Positions 7,961-19,908 of a DNA stretch of 64,000 nt are shown here, in pieces. A program made the position numbers and the translations under genes. This DNA is from Escherichia phage vB_EcoM-fFiEco06, in the sequence record NC_054914.1; one strand, 5' to 3'. The notes under the pieces were generated by a model. It was not told where the DNA came from and searched no databases. It was given only the letters and a program-made list of their open reading frames with translations. Numbering within the stretch: the first letter of the stretch is position 1; each line of letters opens with the position of its first letter.

Positions 7961-8685
7961 TATAGTACCTTTAGTGTATTTTTAATTTTAGAAAAAAGTT
8001 CTTCAAGAGAACCATCGTTTGTAATTACTAAATCGCCATCACGAATTGGCAATCCAGCTTCTGTAATATGTGTATCATTGGATTTTTGACCAGGACGAAC
8101 TACATGAATTACTGTAGCACCCATCGCCCTAGCCGCATCCATTTCATGATCTTGACGGGTATCAGGAACGATATAATAATCATAACCTGAGTTAAATTTA
8201 TCAAGATAATCTAAAGCAAATAATTTTACCCAGTACATGCGGTCGAAGTTATTAACAATCAAATCCGTACCTAGGGCTTGCATCAGACGACGGACTGACC
8301 ATTGATCTTCAATATTATTTATAACGTCAATAATCTTGTTAAATGCTACGGAATTAACTGATTCTTGTCCTTCGTCATCAAAAACAAACACACCTTTAAT
8401 TGGGCTTTTACCATTAAGATAGCAAAATGCTTGTTCCATAATCGTGATTACTTCTAATTTAGTTAGATTTAAATTAGTCTCACGATCATAGTCAATTCCT
8501 TCAAACTCTTTACGAGTTAAGCAAGGATAGTCGGTATTTGCAGCAAATACTCCCCATGCATAAGCCAATGCATCCTTAATAGGACCAGCAAGTTGGTATT
8601 TAACTGCAGAATAATTGCTCATGATAAAATCAGCAGTAGTATCTTTTCCACTACGCTTTACACCGCTTAAAAAGATTAGTTTCAT
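7960..8685 (-). CDS. 1: gp1 deoxynucleoside monophosphate kinase
   Basis: 241 aa as in T4; P-loop GVKRSGKDT near N-terminus. Confidence 0.9.
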
Positions 8686-8734
8686 ATGTTTCTCCTCAAA
8701 TTTAGTTAAGATTATAACACATGAAACTGAAGCA

Positions 8735-9265
8735 TTAAACTTCCGCTATAATTTTTCCATCTTTTTCTACTTGAAAATACGTATAAGGAATCGTTGCTGT
8801 ACATACTAAAGCCGGGTCTGAATCTTCTGTGTAGCTAAATTCTACTTCAGATAGGTCAGAAACCCAAGGCTTATAAAAATTTATTGACATCACGATTTCA
8901 GTTTTGCTATTATCTAAAATGTAAAGCGTAATGTATTCAGGACCTGTTTTTTGGGCAGTATTTTCACCTGTAAGATAGTTGCTAGTTCCTAGCATCCATT
9001 CATACATTCCTATCCATGACTTAAGTTCTTCATCAACTATAAATCTCACGATGAGTGGATCGTACTCAAATGTAGCACCTGGACGTTGTGCTCGGCCCAG
9101 TCCAAACGGCCCAGTCACGGTATCAGTAACAGGTATTCTAATTCCTGGAATAGGAACTGACTGAGCATTTAAAGTAAAAGCAGATGTAGTATTACTATGT
9201 GGTATTGATACTACAAAGTTAGTTGTATTTGCTTGGTTAAAAATTTGTTGCAGTGCTTGCGACAT
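8735..9265 (-). CDS. 3: gp3 tail completion and sheath stabilizer protein
   Basis: Track ORF (203 aa) starts at TTG; ATG at 9263-9265 with GAGGAA SD gives 176 aa, the T4 gp3 length. Confidence 0.8.
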   Translation of the reverse strand: MSQALQQIFNQANTTNFVVSIPHSNTTSAFTLNAQSVPIPGIRIPVTDTVTGPFGLGRAQRPGATFEYDPLIVRFIVDEELKSWIGMYEWMLGTSNYLTGENTAQKTGPEYITLYILDNSKTEIVMSINFYKPWVSDLSEVEFSYTEDSDPALVCTATIPYTYFQVEKDGKIIAEV

Positions 9266-9371
9266 ATATTCCTCATAATGCTTTATAACTGTTGGTGGTA
9301 TAATGGGTCTAAGTCCCTTCCATTCAATTCCATTTAGAACAAACAACAGAAAAGAATGGAAGATAATAGAA

Positions 9372-10196
9372 TTAGATATTTGACCAGACTTTGTTTGCAG
9401 AGAAACGTTTTCCTTTTGAAACGAACTGCTGAAGTGGCATTAACACAACGTTCGCCCAGTCTTTCGGGGCGATTTCAACAAGGCTACCCATAATATTACC
9501 AGGTATATATGCCTTAATCATTTGGTCTGCACCCCTAAATCCTTTCACTTGACTCCAATCAATTTTTAATTTCGTTTTATTAGTAATAGTAGGTGTATTT
9601 GCATATTGCTTTAAAAGCTCTTCTAGAAACTGTTGACGAGCTTTAGGTGGAATATAGTGCAAGTTCAATCCGTACATTAAATTATGCTTACCTAAACCAA
9701 GGTAAATTATCAAAGGAAATTTATCCCAGTAAGGAAGAGTTTCCTTGTGTTTAGCATCATAAGCAAAAGCATATATTCGTCCCGGCTGCGGGCGAACAAC
9801 TTTATGTCCTTTTACTTGCTTAATAGTTTCAGCAAACCACTTTCTGGTTTTATTATTAATTGCTGCGCCTTCATTACGAATTTTATCGCGCAATGTTTGT
9901 CTGAATGAATTTATCATAAGCAGTTGTCTTTCTTGCTTATTGAGTTTATTCATTGGTTTTGATTCAAGCTTTTGAATCTTTTCAGCCGTTTTAATTCCTG
10001 AAGCATATTTTGACATTGCTGAAGTAAACGTAGAGTATTTGATTCCTCTTTCTTCAGCAAATTGCTTTCCTGTCATTCCTTTTGCTTTGGCCTTTTTATA
10101 TTCAAGACCTATCTGAATCCATTTCTTTTCGTTTAATGATTGCTTAACCTTTGGAACTTGGGGAGTGCTTTCATTAATTATTTGAAAAATAGCCAT
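9372..10196 (-). CDS. 2: gp2 DNA end protector protein
   Basis: 274 aa as T4 gp2; basic protein; synteny 3-2-4. Confidence 0.8.
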
Positions 10197-10648
10197 TATG
10201 CCCCCTTAAAGCCAAGAGCTCGTAATCCATCTTCTGTCAGAATTCTAAATTTTATTCCACGCTTTTCAGCTAAAGCTTGCGCTGCTTTCCATTTGTCGGT
10301 ATTAACAGAATATGTATAAATTTCATTCATAAATCTTTTCTTCGCTGCGGTTGTTAGATGTGCTGGTTTAACTGGTGGTTGTGTTTCTTTTTTAGGTTTT
10401 ATTTCAATAAAAAATTCTTGTCCAGAAGAATCTTTCATCCAAATATCCATGAAGTATCTACGTTTTTTCCCTTCTGCATTACAAAAATAAGGAATTACTG
10501 CTGTTTCACTACCCCATGCAATAATTTCTGGATTTTTATCTAACCATTCAAAAAAGAATTTTTCCCAATTTGATCTATACGTAATTTTTTTAGGGTCACC
10601 TCTATACTTTGATATATTTTTAGGAACCCATTTTCCAGAATATGCCAT
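10196..10648 (-). CDS. 4: gp4 head completion protein
   Basis: 150 aa as T4 gp4; start/stop overlap with gene 2. Confidence 0.8.
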
Positions 10649-10659
10649 TGGATTCTCCT

Positions 10660-10667
10660 TATAAATA
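10660..10667 (+). promoter_or_regulatory. late promoter TATAAATA for gene 53
   Basis: Exact TATAAATA 29 nt upstream of ATG 10696 in the divergent 4/53 intergenic region. Confidence 0.55.
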
Positions 10668-10695
10668 GATAATATATTTATAAACAGGAGGGCCC

Positions 10696-11286
10696 ATGCT
10701 CTTTACATTTTTTGATCCGATTGAATATGCGGCCAAAACGGTGAATAAAAACGCGCCGACTATTCCTATGACAGATATTTTTAGAAACTATAAAGACTAT
10801 TTTAAACGCGCTCTTGCGGGATACCGCTTACGTACTTATTATATCAAAGGTTCACCACGCCCGGAAGAATTAGCAAATACTATATATGGAAATCCACAGT
10901 TGTATTGGGTTTTATTGATGTGTAATGATAATTATGACCCGTATTATGGATGGATTACTTCACAAGAAGCAGCTTATCAAGCATCTATACAAAAATACAA
11001 AAATGTAGGTGGAGACCAAATAGTATATCATGTGAATGAGAACGGTGAAAAATTTTATAATTTAATATCATACGATGATAATCCATATGTTTGGTATGAT
11101 AAAGGTGATAAAGCTAGAAAATATCCTCAATATGAAGGAGCACTTGCTGCTGTTAATACGTATGAAGATGCTGTTCTTGAAAATGAAAAACTTCGTCAAA
11201 TAAAAATAATAGCAAAATCAGACATTAATTCATTTATGAACGACCTTATACGTATAATGGAGAAATCTTATGGAAATGATAAGTAA
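10696..11286 (+). CDS. 53: gp53 baseplate wedge subunit
   Basis: 196 aa as T4 gp53; AGGAGGG SD; precedes gene 5. Confidence 0.85.
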   Translation: MLFTFFDPIEYAAKTVNKNAPTIPMTDIFRNYKDYFKRALAGYRLRTYYIKGSPRPEELANTIYGNPQLYWVLLMCNDNYDPYYGWITSQEAAYQASIQKYKNVGGDQIVYHVNENGEKFYNLISYDDNPYVWYDKGDKARKYPQYEGALAAVNTYEDAVLENEKLRQIKIIAKSDINSFMNDLIRIMEKSYGNDK

Positions 11287-12997
11287 TAACCTTAATTGGT
11301 TTGTTGGTGTTGTTGAAGATAGAATGGACCCATTAAAATTAGGTCGTGTTCGTGTTCGTGTGGTTGGTCTGCATCCACCTCAAAGAGCACAAGGCGATGT
11401 AATGGGTATTCCAACTGAAAAATTACCATGGATGTCAGTTATTCAACCTATAACTTCTGCAGCAATGTCTGGAATTGGAGGTTCTGTTACTGGACCGGTA
11501 GAAGGAACTAGAGTTTATGGTCATTTTTTAGACAAATGGAAAACTAACGGAATTGTCCTTGGCACGTATGGTGGAATAGTTCGCGAAAAACCGAATAGAC
11601 TTGAAGGATTTTCTGACCCAACTGGGCAATATCCTAGACGTTTAGGAAATGATACTAATGTATTAAACCAAGGCGGAGAAGTAGGATATGATTCGTCTTC
11701 TAACATTATCCAAGATAGTAACTTAGACACTGCAATAAATCCCGATGATAGACCACTATCAGAGATTCCAACCGATGATAATCCAAATATGTCAATGGCT
11801 GACATGCTTCGCCGTGATGAAGGATTAAGACTAAAAGTTTATTGGGATACTGAAGGATATCCGACAATTGGTATTGGTCATCTTATCATGAAGCAGCCAG
11901 TTCGTGATATGGCTCAAATTAATAAAGTTTTATCAAAACAAGTTGGTCGTGAAATTACTGGAAACCCAGGTTCTATTACGATGGAAGAGGCGACGACTTT
12001 ATTTGAACGTGATTTGGCTGATATGCAACGGGACATTAAATCACATTCTAAAGTAGGACCAGTCTGGCAAGCTGTCAACCGTTCTCGTCAAATGGCGTTA
12101 GAAAATATGGCATTTCAAATGGGTGTTGGCGGTGTAGCTAAATTTAACACAATGTTAACTGCTATGTTAGCCGGAGATTGGGAAAAAGCATATAAAGCCG
12201 GTCGTGATTCATTGTGGTATCAACAAACAAAAGGCCGTGCATCCCGTGTTACCATGATTATTCTTACGGGGAATTTGGAATCATATGGTGTTGAAGTGAA
12301 AACCCCAGCTAGGTCTCTATCAGCAATGGCTGCTACTGTAGCTAAATCTTCTGACCCGGCTGACCCTCCTATTCCAAATGACTCGAGAATTTTATTCAAA
12401 GAACCAGTTTCTTCATATAAAGGTGAATATCCTTATGTGCATACAATGGAAACTGAAAGCGGACATATTCAGGAATTTGATGATACTCCTGGGCAAGAAC
12501 GATACAGATTAGTTCATCCGACTGGAACTTATGAAGAAGTATCACCGTCAGGAAGAAGAACAAGAAAAACTGTCGATAATTTGTATGATATAACCAACGC
12601 TGATGGTAATTTTTTGGTAGCCGGTGATAAAAAGACTAACGTCGGTGGATCAGAAATTTATTACAACATGGATAATCGTCTTCACCAAATAGATGGAAGC
12701 AATACAATATTTGTACGTGGCGATGAAACTAAGACAGTTGAAGGCAATGGAACTATCCTAGTTAAAGGTAATGTTACTATTGTAGTTGAAGGTAATGCTG
12801 ACATTACAGTTAAAGGAGATGCTACCACTTTAGTTGAAGGAAATCAAACTAACACAGTAAATGGAAATCTTTCTTGGAAAGTTGCTGGGACAGTTGATTG
12901 GGACGTTGGTGGTGATTGGACAGAAAAAATGGCATCTATGAGTTCTATTTCATCTGGTCAATACACAATTGATGGATCGAGGATTGACATTGGCTAA
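11270..12997 (+). CDS. 5: gp5 baseplate hub subunit and tail lysozyme (cell-puncturing device)
   Basis: 575 aa; MEMISNNLNWFVGVVEDRMDPLKLGRVRVRVVGLHPP OB-fold start; lysozyme domain LRLKVYWDTEGYPTIGIGHLI; C-terminal VxGxxxxx beta-helix repeats. Confidence 0.95.
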   Translation: MEMISNNLNWFVGVVEDRMDPLKLGRVRVRVVGLHPPQRAQGDVMGIPTEKLPWMSVIQPITSAAMSGIGGSVTGPVEGTRVYGHFLDKWKTNGIVLGTYGGIVREKPNRLEGFSDPTGQYPRRLGNDTNVLNQGGEVGYDSSSNIIQDSNLDTAINPDDRPLSEIPTDDNPNMSMADMLRRDEGLRLKVYWDTEGYPTIGIGHLIMKQPVRDMAQINKVLSKQVGREITGNPGSITMEEATTLFERDLADMQRDIKSHSKVGPVWQAVNRSRQMALENMAFQMGVGGVAKFNTMLTAMLAGDWEKAYKAGRDSLWYQQTKGRASRVTMIILTGNLESYGVEVKTPARSLSAMAATVAKSSDPADPPIPNDSRILFKEPVSSYKGEYPYVHTMETESGHIQEFDDTPGQERYRLVHPTGTYEEVSPSGRRTRKTVDNLYDITNADGNFLVAGDKKTNVGGSEIYYNMDNRLHQIDGSNTIFVRGDETKTVEGNGTILVKGNVTIVVEGNADITVKGDATTLVEGNQTNTVNGNLSWKVAGTVDWDVGGDWTEKMASMSSISSGQYTIDGSRIDIG

Positions 12998-13031
12998 TAT
13001 ACTTCCAATGAGCGCTGATTTAGGAGAATCC

Positions 13032-13526
13032 ATGGAAGGTTCTTCTATCGACGTCACCTTTACCGCTCAATTAGAAACAGGTGAAACGTTAGTATCTATA
13101 AATATAACTAGTTACGAAGAAACTCCTGGGGTTTTAGTAGAAGAAAATCGCTTATACGGAACATATGAATCTGTGTTTGGATTTGGAAATGACGCGTTGA
13201 AATATCGTTTAGGCGATGAATTTAAAACTGCTGCTTCATGGGAAGAACTTCCTACTGATTCTGATACTCAGTTGTATTTATGGAAAGCTCCTCAAAACCT
13301 CCAGAAGACATTCACTTACGAAGTAACATTAATATATGACTACCAAGAACAAAGTGAATCTGGAGGTTCTGGCAGTAATTCTAGGTCATCTTCTGATACT
13401 ACTGAACCGACAGATCCTCCTGCTCCAGTAAGAAAAACTCTCGTTAAAAATTATACTAAAACTATAGTTGGAAATTGGAGTCGTTGGGCTAATAAATTAA
13501 GAAGCTATGTGTATGAGAGGTCATAG
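13032..13526 (+). CDS. 5.1: gp5.1-like hypothetical protein
   Basis: Track ORF starts at TTG 12969; ATG 13032 has AGGAGAA SD; start uncertain. Confidence 0.5.
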
Positions 13527-13820
13527 ATGTCAGGATTAAGTTATGATAAATGTGTTACTGCTGGTCATGAAGCATGGCCTCCAACAGTTGTGAATGCTAC
13601 ACAAAGTAAAGTATTCACTGGAGGAATTGCTGTTCTCGTAGCAGGTGATCCAATTACAGAACATACAGAAATTAAAAAGCCATATGAAACACATGGCGGA
13701 GTGACACAACCCAGAACTTCTAAGGTATATGTCACTGGAAAGAAAGCTGTTCAAATGGCTGATCCAATATCATGCGGTGATACTGTGGCTCAGGCATCAT
13801 CTAAAGTATTCATTAAATAG
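13527..13820 (+). CDS. 5.4: gp5.4 PAAR-repeat spike tip protein
   Basis: 97 aa; PAAR-like motifs ([19 protein letters not shown]); immediately follows 5.1. Confidence 0.8.
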
Positions 13821-13828
13821 GATTTAAA

Positions 13829-15811
13829 ATGGCAAATACCCCTGTAAATTATCAATTAACAAGAACAGCAAATGCTATTCCCGAGATATTCGTCGGGGGT
13901 ACGTTTGCTGAAATAAAACAAAACCTCATTGAATGGCTTAATGGCCAAAATGAATTTTTGGATTATGATTTTGAAGGCTCAAGATTAAACGTTCTGTGTG
14001 ACCTTTTAGCTTATAATACATTGTACATTCAACAGTTTGGTAATGCTGCTGTGTATGAAAGCTTTATGCGTACTGCTAACTTACGAAGTTCAGTTGTTCA
14101 AGCTGCACAAGATAACGGATATTTACCTACTTCAAAATCCGCTGCGCAGACCGAAATTATGTTAACATGCACCGACGCATTGAATAGGAATTACATTACT
14201 ATTCCTCGCGGAACTCGCTTTTTAGCATATGCAAAAGATACTTCTGTTAATCCATATAACTTCGTTTCTACCGAAGACGTTATTGCTATTCGTGATAAAA
14301 ATAACCAATATTTTCCGCGTTTAAAATTGGCCCAGGGACGTATAGTAAGAACTGAAATCATTTATGATAAATTAACACCTATTATCATTTATGATAAAAA
14401 TATTGATAGAAACCAGGTTAAATTATACGTTGATGGAGCAGAATGGATTAACTGGACAAGAAAGTCAATGGTTCATGCTGGTTCTACATCGACAATTTAC
14501 TACATGCGTGAAACTATTGATGGAAATACTGAATTCTATTTTGGTGAAGGTGAAATTTCTGTTAATGCTTCTGAAGGAGCTTTGACCGCTAATTATATCG
14601 GAGGTCTTAAACCTACTCAGAACTCTACGATTGTTATTGAGTACATCAGTACTAATGGTGCTGACGCGAACGGAGCAGTCGGATTTTCATACGCAGATAC
14701 ATTAACAAATATAACTGTCATCAATATTAATGAAAATCCAAACGATGACCCAGATTTTGTTGGGGCAGATGGCGGCGGTGATCCAGAAGATATTGAGCGT
14801 ATCCGCGAATTGGGTACTATTAAACGCGAAACCCAGCAACGCTGCGTAACTGCGACTGACTATGATACATTCGTTTCAGAGAGATTTGGTTCTATTATTC
14901 AAGCAGTTCAGACTTTCACTGATTCTACTAAACCTGGTTATGCATTTATTGCTGCTAAACCTAAATCAGGTCTGTATTTAACTACTGTACAGCGTGAAGA
15001 TATTAAAAATTATCTCAAAGACTATAATTTAGCTCCTATTACGCCATCAATTATTTCTCCTAATTATCTTTTTATTAAGACTAATTTAAAAGTCACATAT
15101 GCTTTAAATAAGCTGCAAGAATCCGAACAGTGGCTCGAAGGTCAAATAATTGATAAAATTGATCGTTATTATACCGAAGACGTAGAAATTTTTAATTCAT
15201 CTTTCGCTAAATCTAAGATGTTGACATATGTAGATGATGCAGATCATTCTATCATTGGCTCATCAGCGACAATTCAAATTGTTCGTGAAGTACAAAACTT
15301 CTATAAAACGCCTGAAGCAGGTATTAAATACAATAATCAAATAAAAGATCGTTCTATGGAATCTAATACGTTTTCATTTAATTCTGGACGAAAGGTTGTA
15401 AATCCTGATACTGGTTTAGAAGAAGATGTATTATATGACGTTCGCATAGTATCAACAGACCGAGATTCTAAAGGAATTGGTAAAGTTATTATTGGTCCAT
15501 TTGCTTCTGGCGATGTTACAGAAAATGAAAACATTCAGCCATATACAGGCAACGATTTTAACAAATTAGCAAATTCTGATGGACGCGACAAATACTATGT
15601 TATCGGTGAAATAAATTATCCAGCTGATGTGATTTATTGGAATATCGCTAAAATTAATTTAACATCTGAAAAATTTGAAGTTCAGACCATCGAATTATAT
15701 TCTGACCCAACCGATGATGTTATCTTTACTCGCGACGGTTCACTGATTGTATTTGAAAATGACTTACGTCCACAATACTTAACTATCGATTTGGAGCCTA
15801 TATCACAATGA
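13829..15811 (+). CDS. 6: gp6 baseplate wedge subunit
   Basis: 660 aa as T4 gp6; synteny. Confidence 0.9.
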   Translation: MANTPVNYQLTRTANAIPEIFVGGTFAEIKQNLIEWLNGQNEFLDYDFEGSRLNVLCDLLAYNTLYIQQFGNAAVYESFMRTANLRSSVVQAAQDNGYLPTSKSAAQTEIMLTCTDALNRNYITIPRGTRFLAYAKDTSVNPYNFVSTEDVIAIRDKNNQYFPRLKLAQGRIVRTEIIYDKLTPIIIYDKNIDRNQVKLYVDGAEWINWTRKSMVHAGSTSTIYYMRETIDGNTEFYFGEGEISVNASEGALTANYIGGLKPTQNSTIVIEYISTNGADANGAVGFSYADTLTNITVININENPNDDPDFVGADGGGDPEDIERIRELGTIKRETQQRCVTATDYDTFVSERFGSIIQAVQTFTDSTKPGYAFIAAKPKSGLYLTTVQREDIKNYLKDYNLAPITPSIISPNYLFIKTNLKVTYALNKLQESEQWLEGQIIDKIDRYYTEDVEIFNSSFAKSKMLTYVDDADHSIIGSSATIQIVREVQNFYKTPEAGIKYNNQIKDRSMESNTFSFNSGRKVVNPDTGLEEDVLYDVRIVSTDRDSKGIGKVIIGPFASGDVTENENIQPYTGNDFNKLANSDGRDKYYVIGEINYPADVIYWNIAKINLTSEKFEVQTIELYSDPTDDVIFTRDGSLIVFENDLRPQYLTIDLEPISQ

Positions 15812-18800
15812 CAGTAAAAGCACCTTCAGTCACTAGTCTCAGAATTTCCAAGTTATCCGCAAATCAGGTGCAAGTACGCTGGGATGACGTTGGTGCTAAT
15901 TTCTACTATTTTGTAGAAATCGCTGAGACAAAAACGAACTCGGGGGAAAATCTCCCGAGTAATCAATACAGATGGATTAACTTAGGATATACTGCAAATA
16001 ACAGCTTCTTTTTTGATGATGCTGACCCATTGACATCATACATTATCAGAGTAGCTACAGCTGCGCAAGATTTTGAGCAGTCTGATTGGATTTATACCGA
16101 AGAGTTTGAAACTTTTGCTACAAATGCTTATACATTTCAAAACATGATTGAAATGCAATTAGCCAATAAATTCATTCAGGAAAAATTTACTCTTAATAAT
16201 TCTGATTATGTTAATTTTAACAATGACACTATAATGGCTGCATTGATGAATGAATCATTTCAATTCAGCCCATCGTATGTTGATGTTTCATCAATAAGTA
16301 ATTTTATTATTGGTGAAAATGAGTATCATGAAATACAAGGTTCTATTCAGCAAGTATGTAAGGATATTAACCGAGTTTATTTGATGGAATCAGAAGGAAT
16401 TCTATATCTTTTTGAGCGCTATCAACCTGTAGTTAAAGTATCCAATGATAAAGGACAAACCTGGAAAGCCGTAAAGCTCTTCAATGACCGTGTAGGATAT
16501 CCTTTATCTAAGACAGTATATTACCAATCTGCGAACACAACATACGTTCTAGGATACGACAAGATTTTCTATGGCCGTAAATCGACTGACGTTAGATGGT
16601 CAGCAGATGATGTCAGATTCAGTTCGCAGGATATAACATTTGCTAAACTTGGCGACCAGTTACATTTAGGATTTGATGTAGAAATCTTTGGTACTTATGC
16701 GACTTTACCAGCGAATGTATATCGTATAGCTGAAGCCATTACTTGTACGGATGATTATATCTATGTTGTTGCCAGAGATAAAGTTAGATATATAAAAACG
16801 AGCAATGCACCTATAGATTCTGATCCATTATCTCCAACATATTCGGAAAGGCTATTTGAACCTGATACAATGACTATAACTGGAAATCCTAAAGCAGTAT
16901 GCTATAAAATGGATTCTATTGGTGATAAAGTTTTTGCTCTTATTATCGGTGAAGTTGAAACATTAAATGCTAATCCTAGAACGTCAAAAATAATTGATTC
17001 TACTGATAAAGGAATATATGTTTTAAATCATGACACAAAAACGTGGAAAAGAGTTTTTGGCAACACTGAAGAAGAAAGAAGACGTATTCAACCTGGGTAT
17101 GCGAATATGTCAACTGATGGTAAATTAGTTTCTCTATCTTCGAGTAATTTTAAATTTTTAAATGATAACGTTGTTAATGACCCTGAAACTGTAGCAAAAT
17201 ATCAGTTAATCGGTGCCGTTAAATATGAATTTCCTCGTGAATGGTTAGCTGATAAGCATTATCATATGATGGCATTTATAGCAGATGAAAAGTCTGATTG
17301 GGAAACTTTTACGCCTCAGCCAATGAAATACTATGCAGAACCATTCTTTAACTGGTCTAAAAAGTCTAATACACGGTGCTGGATAAACAACTCTAATAGA
17401 GCTGTAGTAGTTTATGCTGATTTAAAATACACTAAAGTTATAGAAAATATTCCGGAAACATCACCAGATAGATTAGTTCATGAATACTGGGATGATGGTG
17501 ATTGTACGATAGTAATGCCAAATGTTAAATTCACGGGATTTAAAAAATATGCGTCTGGGATGCTTTTTTATAAATCTTCTGGTGAAATAATTTCTTATTA
17601 TGATTTTAACTATCGTGTGAGAGATACAGTAGAAATTATTTGGAAGCCGACTGGAGTATTTTTAAAAGCATTTTTACAAAACCAAGAGCATGAGACTCCT
17701 TGGTCGCCAGAAGAAGAGCATGGATTAGCTGACCCTGATTTAAGACCATTAATTGGCACAATGATGCCTGATTCTTATTTGTTGCAGGATTCGAATTTTG
17801 AGGCATTTTGTGAAGCATATATTCAATATCTTTCTGACGGATACGGAACTCAGTATAATAATTTACGAAATTTAATTCGTAATCAGTATCCACGAGAAGA
17901 GCATGCGTGGGAATATTTGTGGTCAGAGATATATAAAAGAAACATTTATTTAAATGCTGACAAACGTGATGCTGTTGCAAGATTTTTTGAATCACGTAGT
18001 TATGATTTTTATTCTACTAAAGGAATTGAAGCATCATACAAATTTCTTTTTAAAGTTCTTTATAATGAAGAAGTTGAAATTGAAATTGAATCTGGAGCTG
18101 GTACTGAATATGATATAATCGTTCAATCTGATTCTTTGACTGAGGATTTAGTAGGACAAACGATTTATACAGCTACAGGAAGATGTAATGTTACTTATAT
18201 AGAAAGAAGTTATTCTAATGGTAAATTGCAATGGACCGTGACTATACATAATCTTTTGGGGCGTTTAATAGCAGGGCAAGAAGTTAAAGCAGAAAGACTC
18301 CCTAGTTTTGAAGGCGAAATTATTCGTGGAGTTAAAGGAAAGGATTTGCTTCAAAACAATATAGACTATATTAATAGAAGTAGATCATACTATGTAATGA
18401 AAATTAAATCCAATTTACCTTCTTCCCGCTGGAAATCTGACGTTATTCGTTTTGTTCATCCAGTAGGATTTGGATTTATAGCAATTACCCTTTTAACGAT
18501 GTTTATTAATGTTGGTTTAACTCTTAAACATACAGAGACTATAATTAATAAATACAAAAACTATAAATGGGATTCTGGATTGCCTACTGAATATGCTGAT
18601 AGAGTAGCTAAATTAACTCCAACCGGTGAAATTGAGTATGATTCAGTAACAGGCGAAGCAATTTATGAGCCTGGCCCAATGGCTGGTGTAGAATATCCTC
18701 TTCCTGATGACTATAATGCTGAAAATAATAATTCAATATTTCAAGGTCAATTGCCGTCTGAACGACGTAAATTAATGAGTCCCCTATTTGATGCTTCTGG

Positions 18801-18906
18801 AACAACATTTGCGCAATTTAGGGATTTAGTTAATAAACGTCTAAAAGATAATATAGGAAATCCAAGAGACCCTGAAAATCCAACACAGGTTAAAATAGAT
18901 GAATGA
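15808..18906 (+). CDS. 7: gp7 baseplate wedge initiator
   Basis: 1032 aa as T4 gp7; ATGA overlap with gene 6. Confidence 0.9.
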   Translation: MTVKAPSVTSLRISKLSANQVQVRWDDVGANFYYFVEIAETKTNSGENLPSNQYRWINLGYTANNSFFFDDADPLTSYIIRVATAAQDFEQSDWIYTEEFETFATNAYTFQNMIEMQLANKFIQEKFTLNNSDYVNFNNDTIMAALMNESFQFSPSYVDVSSISNFIIGENEYHEIQGSIQQVCKDINRVYLMESEGILYLFERYQPVVKVSNDKGQTWKAVKLFNDRVGYPLSKTVYYQSANTTYVLGYDKIFYGRKSTDVRWSADDVRFSSQDITFAKLGDQLHLGFDVEIFGTYATLPANVYRIAEAITCTDDYIYVVARDKVRYIKTSNAPIDSDPLSPTYSERLFEPDTMTITGNPKAVCYKMDSIGDKVFALIIGEVETLNANPRTSKIIDSTDKGIYVLNHDTKTWKRVFGNTEEERRRIQPGYANMSTDGKLVSLSSSNFKFLNDNVVNDPETVAKYQLIGAVKYEFPREWLADKHYHMMAFIADEKSDWETFTPQPMKYYAEPFFNWSKKSNTRCWINNSNRAVVVYADLKYTKVIENIPETSPDRLVHEYWDDGDCTIVMPNVKFTGFKKYASGMLFYKSSGEIISYYDFNYRVRDTVEIIWKPTGVFLKAFLQNQEHETPWSPEEEHGLADPDLRPLIGTMMPDSYLLQDSNFEAFCEAYIQYLSDGYGTQYNNLRNLIRNQYPREEHAWEYLWSEIYKRNIYLNADKRDAVARFFESRSYDFYSTKGIEASYKFLFKVLYNEEVEIEIESGAGTEYDIIVQSDSLTEDLVGQTIYTATGRCNVTYIERSYSNGKLQWTVTIHNLLGRLIAGQEVKAERLPSFEGEIIRGVKGKDLLQNNIDYINRSRSYYVMKIKSNLPSSRWKSDVIRFVHPVGFGFIAITLLTMFINVGLTLKHTETIINKYKNYKWDSGLPTEYADRVAKLTPTGEIEYDSVTGEAIYEPGPMAGVEYPLPDDYNAENNNSIFQGQLPSERRKLMSPLFDASGTTFAQFRDLVNKRLKDNIGNPRDPENPTQVKIDE

Positions 18907-19903
18907 TTCAAGTGTTATCTATCGTGCGATAGTTACTTCAAAATTTAGAACAGAAAAAATGCTGAATTTTTATAATTCAATTGGAAGTGGTCCGGATAAA
19001 AACACTATCTTTATCACATTTGGAAGATCAGAACCGTGGTCATCAAATGAAAATGAGGTGGGCTTTGCCCCACCTTATCCAACCGATTCTGTATTAGGCG
19101 TAACTGACATGTGGACGCATATGATGGGAACAGTAAAAGTTCTTCCATCAATGCTTGATGCTGTTATTCCTCGCAGAGATTGGGGAGATACTAGATATCC
19201 GGATCCATACACATTTAGAATTAACGATATTGTAGTGTGTAACTCAGCTCCTTACAACGCTACTGAATCAGGCGCAGGCTGGTTAGTATATCGTTGTTTA
19301 GATGTTCCTGATACTGGAATGTGTTCAATCGCATCTTTAACTGATAAGGATGAATGCCTTAAATTAGGCGGAAAATGGACACCTTCTGTTAGGTCAATGA
19401 CTCCTCCTGAAGGTCGAGGAGATGCTGAAGGAACAATTGAACCTGGGGACGGGTATGTATGGGAATATCTTTTTGAGATTCCACCCGATGTATCTATAAA
19501 TAGATGCACGAATGAATATATCGTAGTTCCTTGGCCTGAGGAATTAAAAGAAGACCCGACTAGATGGGGATATGAAGATAATCTCACTTGGCAGCAAGAT
19601 GATTTTGGATTAATTTACCGGGTTAAGGCAAATACTATCCGTTTTAAAGCATATTTAGATTCAGTTTATTTTCCTGATGCTGCATTGCCAGGAAATAAAG
19701 GATTTAGACAAATATCAATAATCACGAATCCTCTTGAAGCTAAAGCTCATCCAAATGACCCAAACGTTAAAGCTGAAAAGGATTATTATGACCCAGAAGA
19801 TTTAATGAGGCATTCGGGCGAAATGATTTATATGGAAAATAGGCCACCTATTATTATGGCAATGGATCAAACAGAAGAAATCAATATTCTGTTTACATTT
19901 TAA
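18899..19903 (+). CDS. 8: gp8 baseplate wedge subunit
   Basis: 334 aa as T4 gp8; overlaps gene 7 end. Confidence 0.9.
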   Translation: MNDSSVIYRAIVTSKFRTEKMLNFYNSIGSGPDKNTIFITFGRSEPWSSNENEVGFAPPYPTDSVLGVTDMWTHMMGTVKVLPSMLDAVIPRRDWGDTRYPDPYTFRINDIVVCNSAPYNATESGAGWLVYRCLDVPDTGMCSIASLTDKDECLKLGGKWTPSVRSMTPPEGRGDAEGTIEPGDGYVWEYLFEIPPDVSINRCTNEYIVVPWPEELKEDPTRWGYEDNLTWQQDDFGLIYRVKANTIRFKAYLDSVYFPDAALPGNKGFRQISIITNPLEAKAHPNDPNVKAEKDYYDPEDLMRHSGEMIYMENRPPIIMAMDQTEEINILFTF

Positions 19904-19908
19904 ATTAA

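Noticed and set aside
13526-13527. Searched for seg-type GIY-YIG endonuclease ORFs at the sites where I recall T4 carrying them
   Set aside because: No ORF is present at these junctions here (5.1 and 5.4 abut; the 23-24 gap is 83 bp of terminator plus promoter); the absence is noted under the HNH finding but not reported as a feature
17636-17995. 119-aa minus-strand ORF inside gene 7 (and similar antisense ORFs such as 19252..19587, 37631..37975, 38484..38888, 58181..58510)
   Set aside because: Fully embedded antisense to well-supported long genes, without SD or promoter context
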